A stretch of 64,000 nucleotides of DNA from assembly GCA_035221665.1 (NCBI GenBank), contig CM069139.1:37572001-37636000 (forward strand), read 5' to 3'. Origin of the DNA: Okamejei kenojei (Eukaryota). The notes under the pieces are model-generated. The model had not been told where the DNA came from and ran no database searches. It worked only from the letters and a program-made list of their open reading frames with translations. Every line of letters starts with the position of its first letter. Positions within the stretch are counted from its first letter, which is position 1. A program made the translations under genes and the position numbers. Below, piece after piece: positions 11,404 to 25,826 of the stretch.

Positions 11404-14400
11404 TGAATATGGCATCTATTTTGTTATTCGTTGTCATAATAGCTATTAACACTTTACTCAAAGTATGTACTCCATAGAAACATACAGAGCATAAATCAGA
11501 AATAATACAGACTAAGACAGATATTACCGATTTGTTTACTGCTTATGTATTATTCTTAATCTTGATATGTAATTTATGTAAGTGCCCTGTTTCTGCTGCA
11601 CATACACTTTGACATGTAATTTTCAGTTTTATAACATACATAACAGAATTAATATTTATTTTAATTTCTGATATGACTAGAAGCTCAATATATCCTTTGC
11701 TATCTCTAAATCATTTCTAGGTTGTATGCATTAAAGTACTTTCAAAATTGGTGATTTGTAATTTATACTAAGAATTCTAAAGCATTTGTGGATTTTAAGT
11801 TAACTTTATTCTGAATATTTTGTAACAAAATGTGGCCTTAAAAGAATGGTTTGAGTTGCTGCTAAAGAATCGATCCTGTTCACAAATTGCTTCTTTGTTT
11901 CATGTCAATATGTTTCTCTGATACTGGGGTATGATTGTTTTAAAAATTACGATAAAGTAACAATTCAACATAGTATTAATCACAACAGAATAACATAAAT
12001 TTACAGAATTCTATGCAACACTTCTCAATGCAGAATGGAACGCATGGCATTTTTTTCAAATTTATCTCCAGGTCTGGTAAACATTCGCCTACATCTTGTA
12101 ATCTTGCAATTTATGTATTTTTACTCTGGAAACAAATTCCTAACTATTCTGCTGTAATCTACTTTGATTTGTATGGGTTAAAACAATACTGCTAAAATGG
12201 GGGGGGGGGGGGGGGGGATGCACAACAGAGAAAATTAATATGTAATCATCTGCATATTTATAATATAATGTTTTTAATTTTTTCCTTCCAGAGTAGCCCA
12301 ATATTTCATCCAGTCGCCCAGGTTTATCATTCGAGGTATATAAATGAACCCAAAAGTCCTGTGTAACTTGGAAATCGGTTTCTAAATCAGTAAATATAAA
12401 ACTCCTATATTGCTCATTATGTTGTGGTATTTTAAAATGCACTTGACTATTATTTGGACATGGTTCAAACGCATAGTCAAGAATATGAACACATTACATA
12501 TTGCAGGCGTGTCCATCTCGACGTGTACTTTTGTTTTAAAGAGTACAGGCAATAAGTGTAAAGGTTAGGAAACATGTTCTACCGCAAATGTTGCTTATGG
12601 AATTAAGGCAAAACGCAACAAGGCAGGTTACCCTGGGTTTGGGGGAGAGCCTATGCTCTAATCCTATAGTTCCACCTAATTAATTTCTCTTTTATGGAGC
12701 TGCATTTCATGATTGTATCTTGTTTGAAGGAGATTAGGAGTCGCACACTTCATTAACAAGGTGTAAATGATCAGAGCCCCTCTCCATCCACCTGCCTAAT
12801 TGGGTTAATGAAGTGTCTCTGCGGAATATGCTGCAGAAACAAACCGCCCAATCCTCACAGATTTACCGCTCTGCAACATCCAATCCTTCAATTGCACAAA
12901 GACCACACTAACTCGCAGCGAAGATCGCAGGTTTGCTTTTACAATTTCGATGTCTGTAAAATAATCTTGGCTCTCATCAAATTATACCAAACTGCGGAAT
13001 GAATTCATTGCACCGAATCACTCAACTCCACTCTAGTTTTTTTTTTAATTATCTAAACATTATCAATCTAATTAATATGGTCTGTGCTTAACCTATGTCA
13101 TTTCTTTCATATCTGTTAGCTGTAGAACTGGGCAACTATTTTCCCTCTGCCAACTATATCGCAGTAAAAAGCGCAAAGCATGGTGTACTGAAATACCGGA
13201 ACGCTTCTAATTCAAACTATAACGCGCAGAATTCGTGATTCAATTCCGCTCTCGACCGATAGCATAATTAGAAAAGTATCGATTTTCGCCTGACTAAATA
13301 TACTTTGACCATTATATATTTTCCAAAGAAAATGTGTTAAACACTATATATTATTCCAAAGAAATATCTTCCAAACGCTTGGGTACTGTCCAATTCGCCT
13401 CCACCCCGCGACGGATATTGGGCTTTGCGTTTGGTACTGATGCGCTAAAATGCAGAGAACTATTTTTTGCGCTCGGAATCTTTCCCTTCGCTCTGCTTGT
13501 TGTACTTAAGTTTGGCTTGATGGCACATGTACAATGTTACCTAATTTGAATGGATAACACACAAAGTAAAACTTTTCACTGTATATCGGTAGACGTGACA
13601 ATAATAAACCTAAACTTAACCTAAATCAACGTTGTCTTACAGCAGGCATTCTGAATGGTCAGTGTTTGCTATTCTATGAAGGGAAATCTGAATCCCACTT
13701 TAATAGCTGGAGCTTAAACAATGTTCCGATGAGAACAAAACTTACTTATCAACGTTAGGGTTTATTCGTGAACCTGGGGCCACACTGGCACGAACAATAC
13801 TTAAATCCAATAAACACACCTATAGCATGTGCTCCAGAGGTGCTACCAGACCAGCTGAGTAAATCCAGCACATTGTGTTCTGCATCTGCAATACGTAAAT
13901 CTAGCCTCGATTAGGAACACCAGATTTAAAATTGCGATAAGATGATAATCAAAAGATAGGGTTTAAAACAGTTTAAAGCTCTCGGAGAATGTTTTATCAT
14001 ACGGCACTAGAAGCCTGTAATCCGCATCAAAGTAGGTTACAGCAGTTTACATTCCCGGTTGCATTTCAAGTAAAAGCTGATATAGTGAGAGCGTGGATAT
14101 TGTGTTAGTTTGGGAATGTGTTCATTTTTTCCAAGATTTGATGATCCAAGATGGTTGTTGTTCCATACATTCAGTAAATGCCAGCTTGGATAAGGATAAA
14201 ACCTCAACTGCTGCGAGAGAAAGCTGTTGTTTCCTAACACTCTTGTTGGAAATGTTGACTCTAGATGCATTGTAACTCGGGACACCACACGCCTTTTCGG
14301 TGGTGTTAAAGGCGTTCGATTGCACTTAGTTTGACAATTAGTTCGGGGAAGTGCACGGTTAATGGCGCATTTGCAGCAGGACCAACTAACTGGAAATGAC

Positions 14401-16111
14401 ATGATATTCACACGTTCAGCAGTGTGTTACAGTCAACAGATGCTGTCGGTGTCCACACTTTCGCCCAGAATATTCCCATGATGCATGTAGGAGGAGCATT
14501 CTCACCTCCGTGTGATGTTTAACTTGTACGTGTAGCTATATATGTATGGCTGCCACATCCGGTGTTCATTTGAAATCGAAATATATATTTATTGGAAAAA
14601 ACAAAATTCGATTGAATGTACTCTGATTAAGAGTGTCGCAGTCACTAGTCAGATTGTAATCACACACGTTGCATCTTGTTCATGTGCCTACCAATCCTAA
14701 TTCGAAAGGTAAAAAATTAAAGTTAACGACTCTGTATCAGGTATGACAATGGGGACATGAAACATAACAAAATAACAATCAAACGCTTAAAACAAGCCAA
14801 TCCCATTTAAATCACAGACTCGATTGAAGTGTGTTATTTTCAGATCTTGAAAACGAAACATTTTTGTCTTAATCATGTTAAGATTATAATATACATTGTG
14901 AAATAACATGATTCTCAATGTAGTCGTTCATTTTGAAAAATGTATTACCTAAGCAAGCCCACTCCGTCTCATCTATATATAACATACATATTTATAGCTA
15001 CCATTCCTAATTAAATGATTTGGACAGCGAATACTTAAATATTGAATTCAGATTGCGGTAAATCAAAATGCCATCGGGTGATTCCTAGACAATACATCTG
15101 GCTGGACTCCATCCCCTCCTCTGCGGTGAAGATCTCACGTGCAGTCGGAAATTGCGGGCAGACTGATCTAAAACCTGTCCTATTCCGGATCTATACCGGG
15201 TGAGACTGCAAGTTGTATCATTTCTGTGGAGTTTCTGGTGGCAGTTGTTCGATCGGTCTCGAATATGTTTCGCAACAATAAATTACAAAATAGTGTGAAA
15301 TTGTGAACAGCCGCCAAAGAACGGCCTCCGCCCCACCAGAACGAATATTTATTTAGTTAAAATTAACGCATTTCTTCCGCTAAATGTGGACGGCAGGATA
15401 CCTTTTTAAGTAACGATTTAATTCAGAGTGAATGAGTCTGACTAATCCGGTGTGATTTTATAATTGAAGATGGCCAATATCCTAATGTCTAATATTCTCA
15501 ATCCGACACAACTTTGAAAACTATCAAATGCAACTGTTCGTGTTGTTAACTTGTTCGTGGTCAGCAGGCGCGGTTGAAAATGAAACCTTAAACTCTTCTT
15601 TGTAAAGTTAGAAATATTTTGTTGAGTAAACAAATTAGAAATATTGTTGGACTAAAATGTGTAAGTGGTTTATGTCAGATAAATTTCGGTGATCAGAACA
15701 GGTTTACAATATTCACGTGGCTCCTCGGGCGTGTCGGAGACGTAGATTCGTTTCAGCGGTACCACCAGTCGCCAGAGAGTTCGAGTTTCATAACTTGATG
15801 GGGTTTGTGAATAGGGGCGGGATGGTAGGATCGGGACAGGGACTGGAAGGTGTAGAGACTCGATGCTTTGTGGTGTGCAGCGCATTCAGCTACAACCTAT
15901 CGACCATTGCAGCCTTCTTGTTCGTTGTGCTAAGGGGAAGGGAAGGGACGGGATGGGATTCCTAGTGAGTCATGCAAAGAAATGTTAAAATATTAGTTTC
16001 CCAATCAGTCAATAGTACTTCATTGCCAGATGTACTGACAAGGAAACGATTACATTCTTACTTGCAGCAGCATATTAGGCCTGTAAACACAATACACATA
16101 GATTAAAACAT

Positions 16112-16209
16112 AGGGTTACACAAAAAGCTGGAGAAACTCAGCGGGTGCAGCAGCATCTAAGCAGCGAAGGAGATGGGCGACGTTTCGGGTCGAGACCCTT
16201 CTTCAGACT
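16112..16209 (-). mobile_element. Solo PLE-terminus mini-element with intact hammerhead core (16176-16209)
   Basis: Closely similar to 595-690; core CTGAAGAAGGGTCTCGACCCGAAACGTC on the minus strand. Confidence 0.75.
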
Positions 16210-16229
16210 TCAGTGTGTCAGAGGAACTG

Positions 16230-16370
16230 CAGATTGGAAACAGGCCCTTCGTCCCACCGAGTGCACACCTACCATCCATCACCCGTTCACACTCGTTCTA
16301 TGTTCTCCCACTTTCGCAACCACGCCCTACACATTCGTGGAAATTAACAGAGGCCAATTAATCGACAACC
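16230..16370 (-). mobile_element. HE1/V-SINE 3' fragment
   Basis: GGAAACAGGCCCTTCG.CCCACCGAGT and AGAGGCCAATTAA motifs, shared with the copy at 57540-57860. Confidence 0.55.
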
Positions 16371-19300
16371 CCAAATATATAATAAATAAAATATATATAA
16401 TAAACTAAAAGTCAACAAATTGTAATATCAATACCAGAGCAACAAAAAAATATTCAAGCGAACGTGCCCCCAAATGGTTGATGTGTTATGAGTCGAAATG
16501 TCAAATTTGACTGGGGCATGAAAACAAAGACAGAATATGTTTACTTTACGTACGCATTTAATCACATAGCATTGAAAATTTCACATGGCAATTTTGCATA
16601 AGATTGAGACAAGATTTAAAGCATGGTGCCATGTTTTACCCGATGGTTGTAGTGTATGCGATTAGATCGGACTTTTTCAGGCGCTTTCTGTGCGGTTTAG
16701 GAGAGGCACCTACACATGCCAAGAGATGCCAGTTTCACTGGAGGCGCCGCGCACATATCCCAACACGTTAGGCGGGGTAGTTCTGATTGAAGAGATAACA
16801 TCGAATACTTGAAAAAAATAACTAAGATTAAAAGAATTATTTGTAGAATAACAGAATAAATTCTCAAAGTGGCCGAATGAAAAGATGAATGAAATGAGGC
16901 AGCCGGAGCAGCACTTACATTTTATCAGACCGAACTGATTTTTTCTAAGCATTTACTTCTAATCGCAATTTTCCATTCTTGCTTTAAGAATACTTTCTAA
17001 TTAATTTTCACGGCCCGCCTTATTCAAAGGAGCAAATCGTTTTGTCCAATGTTTTTTTTTGTGTGTTTACACTTCCTAAAATGTGTTCGCACTGTCCATT
17101 CCTGTCAGCCAGTCTCCGCGTAGTGCCTGCCTTTGGCACTGTATGGCAACTTTACGAGCAAGGGAGGGCGAATTCACCTTTAAAAAAATTATTCCGATTC
17201 TGCGCCGCTATCTGACATGTATTCCGACCCCCGATGCAAGAACAGTAATGACAAATGAACCCTGTCTCCTGCCCAAATATAAATTACATAAATAATTACA
17301 CTAGCACGACGTATACCGAGTTTATGTCAGAAATTAGACATCCCTGTCATTTCAATGTACAATAATCTACAAGGCAACCGTGAGACATACCTGACAATGT
17401 TTGGGCTGATTGTATTTTTTAAATTTAATACACTGCCATATCTCCAGTGTACTGGATGTGCGAAACATTGCCGACTTACTGCTGATCAAGTGCAGACGGG
17501 AAAGCGGCGCTTCGATTCCAGATTCCATGATGCATGTTTTTTTATGGATGATTTAAGAATACGGGGACAACAATACAGAATAATCTTTCTCCATTGGCCA
17601 TTTTAGTTCAAAAATTCCCCCCGTACGAAATAGAGATTTAGGAACACATTAAGAAACCTTAAAACACCTTCAATGAACACCTTAAATATTACCTTGGCTA
17701 TTGCGTTACCTTTAAACATTGAGGAACACTTCTCTTATGGTAGGCACTGGCCTCTCCTGTCGGGTATTTGCGCTGACTGGTTGGCCTAGTTTAACGTTAG
17801 TTTGTTGGAATCGCTTAGGATCGCATGCGTGCAACGATGGGACTGCGATTGTCTGTCCCAATTGCTTTCCTGGAGTTGTTCGCAGCGATGAATCTTCTGC
17901 AAAATGTTTGCACACTTCGTTCACGTGAGATTCATTATTCATGTAAAGGCTGCCGAAACAAACATAAATTGTTGCTCAAACTTCATCAAATAGAGCCCAA
18001 CGTTTCCCATGTGTTGTGTTTGCCTGGATGAAGAGCGAGATGCTGCATTATGTAACATCTTACTACATTTCGTAGAAAGGACAATCTGCCAAAGAACGGC
18101 CATATATCCAAAAAGTGGTCAATTCAACATCATCTGATTCGGATAAAGATAAATAAATAATAAGTGGAACGTCACCCCACATCGAATATATTAAACTGTT
18201 TGTGTCTCGGGAGACCAGTCATCCTTCAGTATCCAATATTTAGGCGTAGATGGATATATTAATATGGCGTGTTACTTAATCATTGGCTTTCGGATGTCCA
18301 CATTTCTGAGGTGTTATGCAATGGTACATTGAGCTCGAAAGAATCCGTGTTCAGGGTTTACTTATCACATGCATTGAAATCATAATTTTCAATCTTCCTG
18401 AAATATTCAATATGTTGTAATGATATTTGTAAGTATTTTAATGTTCTGCGTTGTATTAGACACAGCAGAACGACGATTACATGTCCACGATCCTTTTTTA
18501 TTGAGTGGTTATTAATGTATTACATTTTCTTTATTATATATTTTTTTTTTCTGTGCGTATCGTGTTTACGGGCCTATTAAGCTGCGGCAAGCAAAATAAA
18601 TAATGTTATTGTTCCAGTGTCGGCACCTATGACAATTAAACATTTTTGATTTTTAACGTGCGTGTACTATCTTACACGTTGCAAAGCACCACAGTCTGTG
18701 CCTGTTCTTGAAAATAAACAATGGCTTAGCTGAAGTTAATGAATTTCAATCACATACTTTTTGGGATTATTTCACTCCTTCCCCAAATGTTATATCAAAC
18801 TTGCCAATTCCACAGGTCGAGTAGCAAAATATTCTGTTCACCTTGATTTCTAAACTCAAGCGCCCAAACGGATGCGCCTTGGGACTATCTTCTAACTCTG
18901 CGGAGGCTACCTCAATGCAGGTTGTTGTTGCACACAACAGGCTGTAGATTTTCCGCAAAAAGGGAACCGGAAGTCAGGCACAGCTCATAAGATACAGTAA
19001 AATAAAATTGAAAGACACTCCTAAACACTCAGACATACATACAGACAGCTTTATAAATATATATCTGGGTACTTGTGGCGGGGAAGGGTCAGGGAAGAGA
19101 TAAGATGGGCGAGACTCAGAGAAAATCTCACCTGGCCACGCCGTTCGTTGAAAGACTAGCCATCCATTCAATCACACAGACACCGACACCGGTATGTGCA
19201 GAAGCGGGTGGCGAGAGGCGGGGAGTGTATAGGTTAGGACATCTTTTACAAATGCTGGCTACCATTCCCAACTTTCTGCGTTTGTTGAGCTTGCTCCAGT

Positions 19301-20609
19301 TTGTTCACAAAATAAATCAGAAACGTGAAAGCGGGAGAGGTCAGGAGATGAGAGACATGGTGGATGGGTCGGTCTGTTGCTACGAAAGTACATTCTCTGA
19401 TTTATTATCGTTCATATCGTCAACAAATACAAACCTACTAATTGGCAGCGTAAACGGAGCGTGAACTTCGTCTGTGTGGCCCAGAGAGGCAATCGCTGCT
19501 ACTCATATCAAGCTGGTCTGAAATTGTAAATGTATTAACCGAATACGAGTGTCTTGGCAATTAGTTGTAAGAAACTTTTCACCAATTGACTATACTAGCT
19601 AATTCCCACCATTGCGCGTGTGATCTTAAACGTGAAATACAATTGAGATTGAAACGATTCCAACTCCATCACAATTCAGTTGATTCAGAAAAAGGCGATG
19701 CAAATGTTTATTAACTGTGTATATTTGCAGAAATATTTAAAGTTCCAGCCATTTGTTCTTAATTTCTAGTGTGTTGCGGAGGCTAATTCCGAGGCAGATC
19801 AAAAAGGAACATTTTGACTGAAATACGTTATAGATTATACATCTAGACTTATAAAACAGGCCCATAAATTTTCTTCTATTAATTAAAATTAAAACCAGTT
19901 TGATTTGCTTTGAGTCCTAGTGGTACTTGTATTACATAAAGACCAAGAGCTCGATTGTATCCGGGTTTTAAGACCGAATGTTGGAAACCAAATTGAATAA
20001 CTAGACCGGTGTGCAATATGTTTTCACTACGCCAAAGGTGTTCTATATGTTCCAAAGTTATGATGAGATATTGCAATGTGGTTATTTCAAGGAGTTACTA
20101 GCATCGCAATGCAAACTGACGTTTATACCCTAAAATGAATTTCTTGTGGAAGGAGGAATTAATTTTAATGGCCGTACACTTTTTGAACACATCTGTAATC
20201 TTGCTAATCCTTTCCCCATGTTGGTAATGATTGCACCAAAGAACACGCTCTTTGACGTGAAGACTGACGTTTAGTTTGATGCACACTTATTAAAATAGTG
20301 TAGAGTGTGTGCTGCCTGGATGTGATTTTGATGTATTGATAGGAGATACATTGTAATTCTGTTTGAAGGAGATCCTGTTTGAACGAGATTTTGCGTCAGG
20401 TTACATTGTTTGCATTCAGACACTTGATATGTGCTGTCATCTTAATGTAAGTCAAGATTGAAGTTAAGTCTCTGCATTATTACTTGTTAGGAAGTATAGC
20501 ACACGGGGGTCATATTAAAGCCTCCTTAATCGGCAACTAAATCAGGAGAGTAACAAAATAGTGGGTGGGATCTGCTTGTAGAATGGATATGGGGAGTTAT
20601 CAACCAGTT

Positions 20610-22282
20610 TAGCAGCAAAAGTGATATTTATTATGAAGAAATGATCGAAATTTCACAAGACTTTTTTATCTATCATAAAATAAACACTGTACATAACCGA
20701 ATATTTATATGAATTAGTTGGACAATAAATATTTGAAATGGACAAAAAAAAATCACTTGTAAAAAGCACAATTTATGAATTATTTTGCCTCACCTCATTT
20801 ACATTGAAAACACTTACAATACCCACTAAAAAAAAGAAAGTATGTTGCAGAGACTAGTTTCCAGGTCTAACCCCAGTCCTTTTTTTTTACATAATAAGAA
20901 ATACTAACTACAAAAGTATCCTGTACATAACAAATTTGATAAAATTTCAGAACTTTCAGGGAGAATAAACAAGTAAAGCGCCTAGCGTGTTTAGCTTCAG
21001 AATTTGCTGGTCGGAGTATGTATAATATATATAAATATATCTACACATATTCTAATTCAGGCATCATCTGCGCATCATTTTCTACAATAATTTGTTTTCC
21101 TCTCGTTGTAAAACTTATAAACAGAGGACGTGTATCTGTGCCTCTAAAATGGAAAACCAAAATGGAAAAACAGGATAACAGGATACCTGGTGCAGTGCAA
21201 ATTTTCACCACTCCAATGTAACAGACCGGCTGCCAGCTATAAAGCATGTAACTATCCTTATGTTTGATTATGGGAATATCAAGGGAGGGGTATTATGTGT
21301 GTGTGTGTGTGTTGGGGGGGGGGGGGGTGCAAAGGGGAAAAAGGACAGATCACCTGAACATACATTATTTGGTAAACTGATGGACCCTAATGGCAGACTT
21401 GATGTCGGCGCACTTTTTTGTACACACTCGTTGTAAGTGCCAGCAAGCGGCGTGGTTTCTTCTATAGTTTTTTTTATCGGATATTGTTTAAGATTGAACC
21501 GTGGAAGACAAATCAAAAATTGTGCTTGAATGACTTTAATGTAGCCACGCGGATCTGTCGACTCCAGTATGGTTAACGTTTATGCATATATAACATTATT
21601 AACATCTGCAAACAATTTAGAGCTAATTTCTGAATACTTGATCCTCCATGGGACCAATACAACTGATCACATTTTAAAGATATTGGCATCAGTGTGATAG
21701 AACCATAGCGTCCATGTGAAGTCTGTAGTCAGGATGATGCAGTCACAGTTCAATTTATGTTTGAAGGCGCTCGTTTCAAACGATGGCGGGTATTTTGTTT
21801 TTTTTTTCCAGCAGATTTTGGCTCCATTTGAATTCAGCAGAACCTCCACCATCCCCCACCACACACCAGCCAGTCTCTCTTGTCCAACAGCATCAAGCGG
21901 TTCACATACTTGCATACAGTACAGCAAATCATACTTGTTTTTTGAGTCTAACACAAATAAAAACACAGATGTACCACTGATATAAGACGCACACTGATTG
22001 TCTCTGAGGACTACATATGGAGACCCTTATAAACATTTTTAAATAAAGTAGTGCATCTGTGACAACCAATCGCACAATTCACACAGCCCTGATGGTCCTT
22101 TATGTTTTAAATGCCAACCTTTAAAAAAAATGGCTAACATTGGAATAATCACAAATATTGTCCTGTCCATTCCAAAGTGTTCAACCTCCAGACTTGGCCA
22201 CAAGCATGGGAATTATGTCGTTTCGTGCTCGAAGATCTGACATTGGAATGATTTGTCCAGGTTCAAACAGAGTCCCAGCACT
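20610..22282 (-). other. Probable otx2 3' UTR with polyadenylation signal
   Basis: AT-rich, transposon-free sequence after the stop. Minus-strand AATAAA at 20632-20627, preceded by UUUUAU (20680-20675) and UAUUUAUU (about 20731-20724). Confidence 0.55.
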
Positions 22283-22906
22283 TCACAAAACTTGGAACTT
22301 CCACGAGGACGTTTGATCTTTGTAATCCAAGCAGTCGGCGTTGAAGTTGAGTTTCCATGAAGCTGTCTGGTCTTTATAATCCAAGCAATCGGTGGAATTA
22401 AAACCTAATCCGCCGGCCGGGTAGCCTTGGGCGGAGAGGGAGGCCGGAGACTGGTTAAGGTGGCCAGCGGTGACTGCGTTTGTGCCCATGGGACTGAGCC
22501 CCGTGCCTGGGGCGGGGAGTTGGTGATGCATCGGGGACAGGTAAGAGCCGCAGTCCATTCCCCCGAAGTAGGACGTGGATCCGGCATATCCCTGCGTGTA
22601 ACCCGAGGCTTGGCTGTAGGTCATGGGGTAGGAACGCTGCATGCAAGACGAGGACGTGGAGAGGCAGTCGGGAGCGATGGGTGATATGGAAGCGGGGCTC
22701 CAGATTGACACCGGGGCTGTGCTGCTCGAGATGGCCGTCGCCGAGGTGCTGGAGGGCGGCGTGAATTGGCCGCCGGCCACGCTTTCAGAACCCAGCTCCC
22801 GGGCAGGAGAACTCTTCTTCTTCGCGGGTCTAACTTTATGCTGCCCTCCGTTCTGCTGTTGTTGCTGCTGCTGGCGACACTTTGCTCGGCGGTTTTTGAA
22901 CCACAC
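22283..22906 (-). CDS. otx2: otx2 coding exon 3 ([11 protein letters not shown], polyQ, SIWSPA, duplicated Otx tail, stop TGA)
   Basis: Polypyrimidine tract and GAAG|GTG acceptor at 22908-22907. K50 recognition helix WFKNRR. C-terminus [35 protein letters not shown] is typical of Otx2. Spliced product is 290 aa. Confidence 0.97.
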   Translation of the reverse strand: MWFKNRRAKCRQQQQQQQNGGQHKVRPAKKKSSPARELGSESVAGGQFTPPSSTSATAISSSTAPVSIWSPASISPIAPDCLSTSSSCMQRSYPMTYSQASGYTQGYAGSTSYFGGMDCGSYLSPMHHQLPAPGTGLSPMGTNAVTAGHLNQSPASLSAQGYPAGGLGFNSTDCLDYKDQTASWKLNFNADCLDYKDQTSSWKFQVL

Positions 22907-23258
22907 CTTCAAAAACAAAAACAAAAAAAAGTTCAACCGTAACACAAAAAAAGTATTTACTGAATCAATGCAATTAATTAATGTGAGATAAAATGACTGC
23001 AAATACAAATATCTTTGTTTGTCCCTTCGCTGAGTTCCCGGCGTTAAGATAACTAGTTCCCATTCTAATCGATAAACAATATTTCTTATCAATATTAATG
23101 ACCATATTCTTCAGGACGAAAATCGAATATGAGTTTTTGGATTTTTTGCATCAGTTCCTATTTTGTACGTGAAGGAGGGGCATGATCCTGCATCATTTTA
23201 CTTTGAATAATTACATGTACAGGATGAAATCTTGTTACACGCACCATAACATTATCTC

Positions 23259-23372
23259 GGAAAAGACACAAAATGCTGGAGTAACTCAGCGGGTCAGACT
23301 GCCTGACAAGCCGTGTTAGTCTAACACTTTGTTTTATTTGGTAAACCGGCAACTGCAGTTCCTTGTGTCTAT
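23259..23372. mobile_element. Decayed inverted pair of PLE termini in otx2 intron 2
   Basis: ACACAAAATGCTGGAGTAACTCAGCGGGTCAG followed by the oppositely oriented CTGCCTGAC...AAACCGGCAACTGCAGTTCCTTG. Confidence 0.6.
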
Positions 23373-23540
23373 ACACCTATCTCACCGAGTTTACGACCGT
23401 TCGTTAATAATCCCTTTTAGAAAATCGCAGACCTATCACGAGTTCCCCGCACAGCGACTGACCCCCTGGTTCAATCCGAACCCATTTTAAAGAATTCCCT
23501 CCTCAGTGAAGCCGAATTGGCGCCGGGCGTGCTCCCGTTA

Positions 23541-23801
<261 letters not shown>

Positions 23802-24015
23802 TCACTCTCCAGGCAAAAAGGATTTAGGCGTCATTCCTTTCTCACAACCAACGCCACTCTCGCTTTAATGTTTGCCGCAGAGAGAAATAATTCGGCTAGT
23901 TAGAATTTTAATCAAGAGAGAGAAATGTCGCCCAAATGTTTTACGCTCATGGCAAAACACATTTTTCAAAGGGAATGGGACATGAGAATGTGTCTGCTGC
24001 CCTTCAATAAATTTA

Positions 24016-24375
<360 letters not shown>

Positions 24376-24562
24376 TTACGAGGAAGGATCCCGAAGAGCT
24401 GTTGTAACTCCGATCACTCAAAGTATCTGATCCCTCTATAGATCCCAGCCTGTCCCTTTAAAGCATCCGGGGACCCCCAGCTGCCTCTTGAACCAAGGGA
24501 TGCTGAACGGATAAATATGTCCCCCCAAAACGTGCTACACCCATTCTTCCAACACGCCCTTC

Positions 24563-24565
<3 letters not shown>

Positions 24566-24598
<33 letters not shown>
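24566..24598. repeat. (CA)n microsatellite
   Basis: Read directly. Confidence 0.95.
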
Positions 24599-24599
<1 letters not shown>

Positions 24600-25695
24600 C
24601 AAATAATTCAGATGCGCACACCACATTGTTAGCATTGCAAAATTTGCATAGATCCCATTCGTTAGCATCAAGCTGTTATCACGCTAATTGGTTCAAACAA
24701 AAAACTTGATTGGGACCATTTGCAAAGACAGTGGCTGGCCCAGAGAGAGAGAGGGAGAGAAATCGGCGAAGTGCTGGCAACAACAGAAACAGAGAAAAAA
24801 AAACAATGCTTAAGAAGATAGGTAATTTGCAACCTGAATGAAGTTTGTAGTTTTATATTGCATGTTTGACAAACGAGAGGTTAGATTGTTTCTAGATTGT
24901 TCGAATACGCCTTTGAGCAGGAAGATTATGTTTTCTCCGACGCTTTCATCGAATCGAGTGCCTGTATTTTTGGGATAGAGAATGTATCTCTACGCCTTTG
25001 AAACTACGCTCTCCAGAACCAGTAAGGGGAAGCAAACAATTAATTGATTCTTATATCAGGGGGAAAAAAAAACTTTGGGAAGGCAAATCATTTGCGCCTA
25101 ATTGTATTGCAGGTGAATGTAAAACCCAACATTATTTAATGAAAAGCTTAGAGTGCAGATTGCACAAACAAGAGGCAGGATCCCTTGTTGATTATACAAC
25201 TTTGCCCATTGTTTGGCCGCGGAAGTCACATATTGTCACCTGATTACATGGCCCAAGGAATGGCAGATAAACCCCCGCGAGGCGACAATATTGAAGATAT
25301 TTTTTACTGACTTTGAAACAAAGCGGCCGTGTGTTAGCGGCGATCTACATCCCACTTTACAGAGCGCTGTTTAACAGGGGCACGCACACCTTCAACATGG
25401 CGGCGTTGCAATGACAAACTTTGACCAGCGCTGGATAGTCTATTTATTTTTAAAGACCAGTATTTTTAAAAAAAAGGGTTAAAATAAATCACAAGACCGT
25501 CCCGTCGTTAAAAGCTATGCTGCGCCGCAATCGGAATGTGAACTAGTTTACCGAACGTCAAATTTAGCAAAGGATTTTTATTGCAGTCCAACCCGCTGTG
25601 CTGAGCAATGACTACTCCACACGCTGACTTGCAACATCAAACAACCAATAAACGCGCAAAATGTCGCTTCTCCAATTGCAAGCGTAAGTTCTTAC

Positions 25696-25826
25696 CTAAA
25701 ATAAAACTTCACCCGAACAATCAATGGGCTCCAATTGACTCACCTCCCTTCCCCGGCCGAGCGCCTCTTCTCTACCTGCAGGGAAATCGCGTCTCTTGGC
25801 TGCTCACTGGTGAGGCCAGTTATATA
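25696..25826 (-). promoter_or_regulatory. Candidate TATA promoter plus short non-coding first exon of otx2
   Basis: Minus-strand TATATAA at 25826-25820 in a GC/CpG-rich patch, and a strong donor TAG|GTAAGA after 25696, about 100 nt beyond the expected start site. Confidence 0.5.

Noticed and set aside
22427-22991. Plus-strand ORFs overlapping otx2 exon 3
   Set aside because: Antisense shadows of a GC-rich coding exon; no recognisable protein.
22907-23092. N-terminal extension of the 269-aa ORF 22283-23092
   Set aside because: Intronic read-through upstream of the exon 3 acceptor at 22907.
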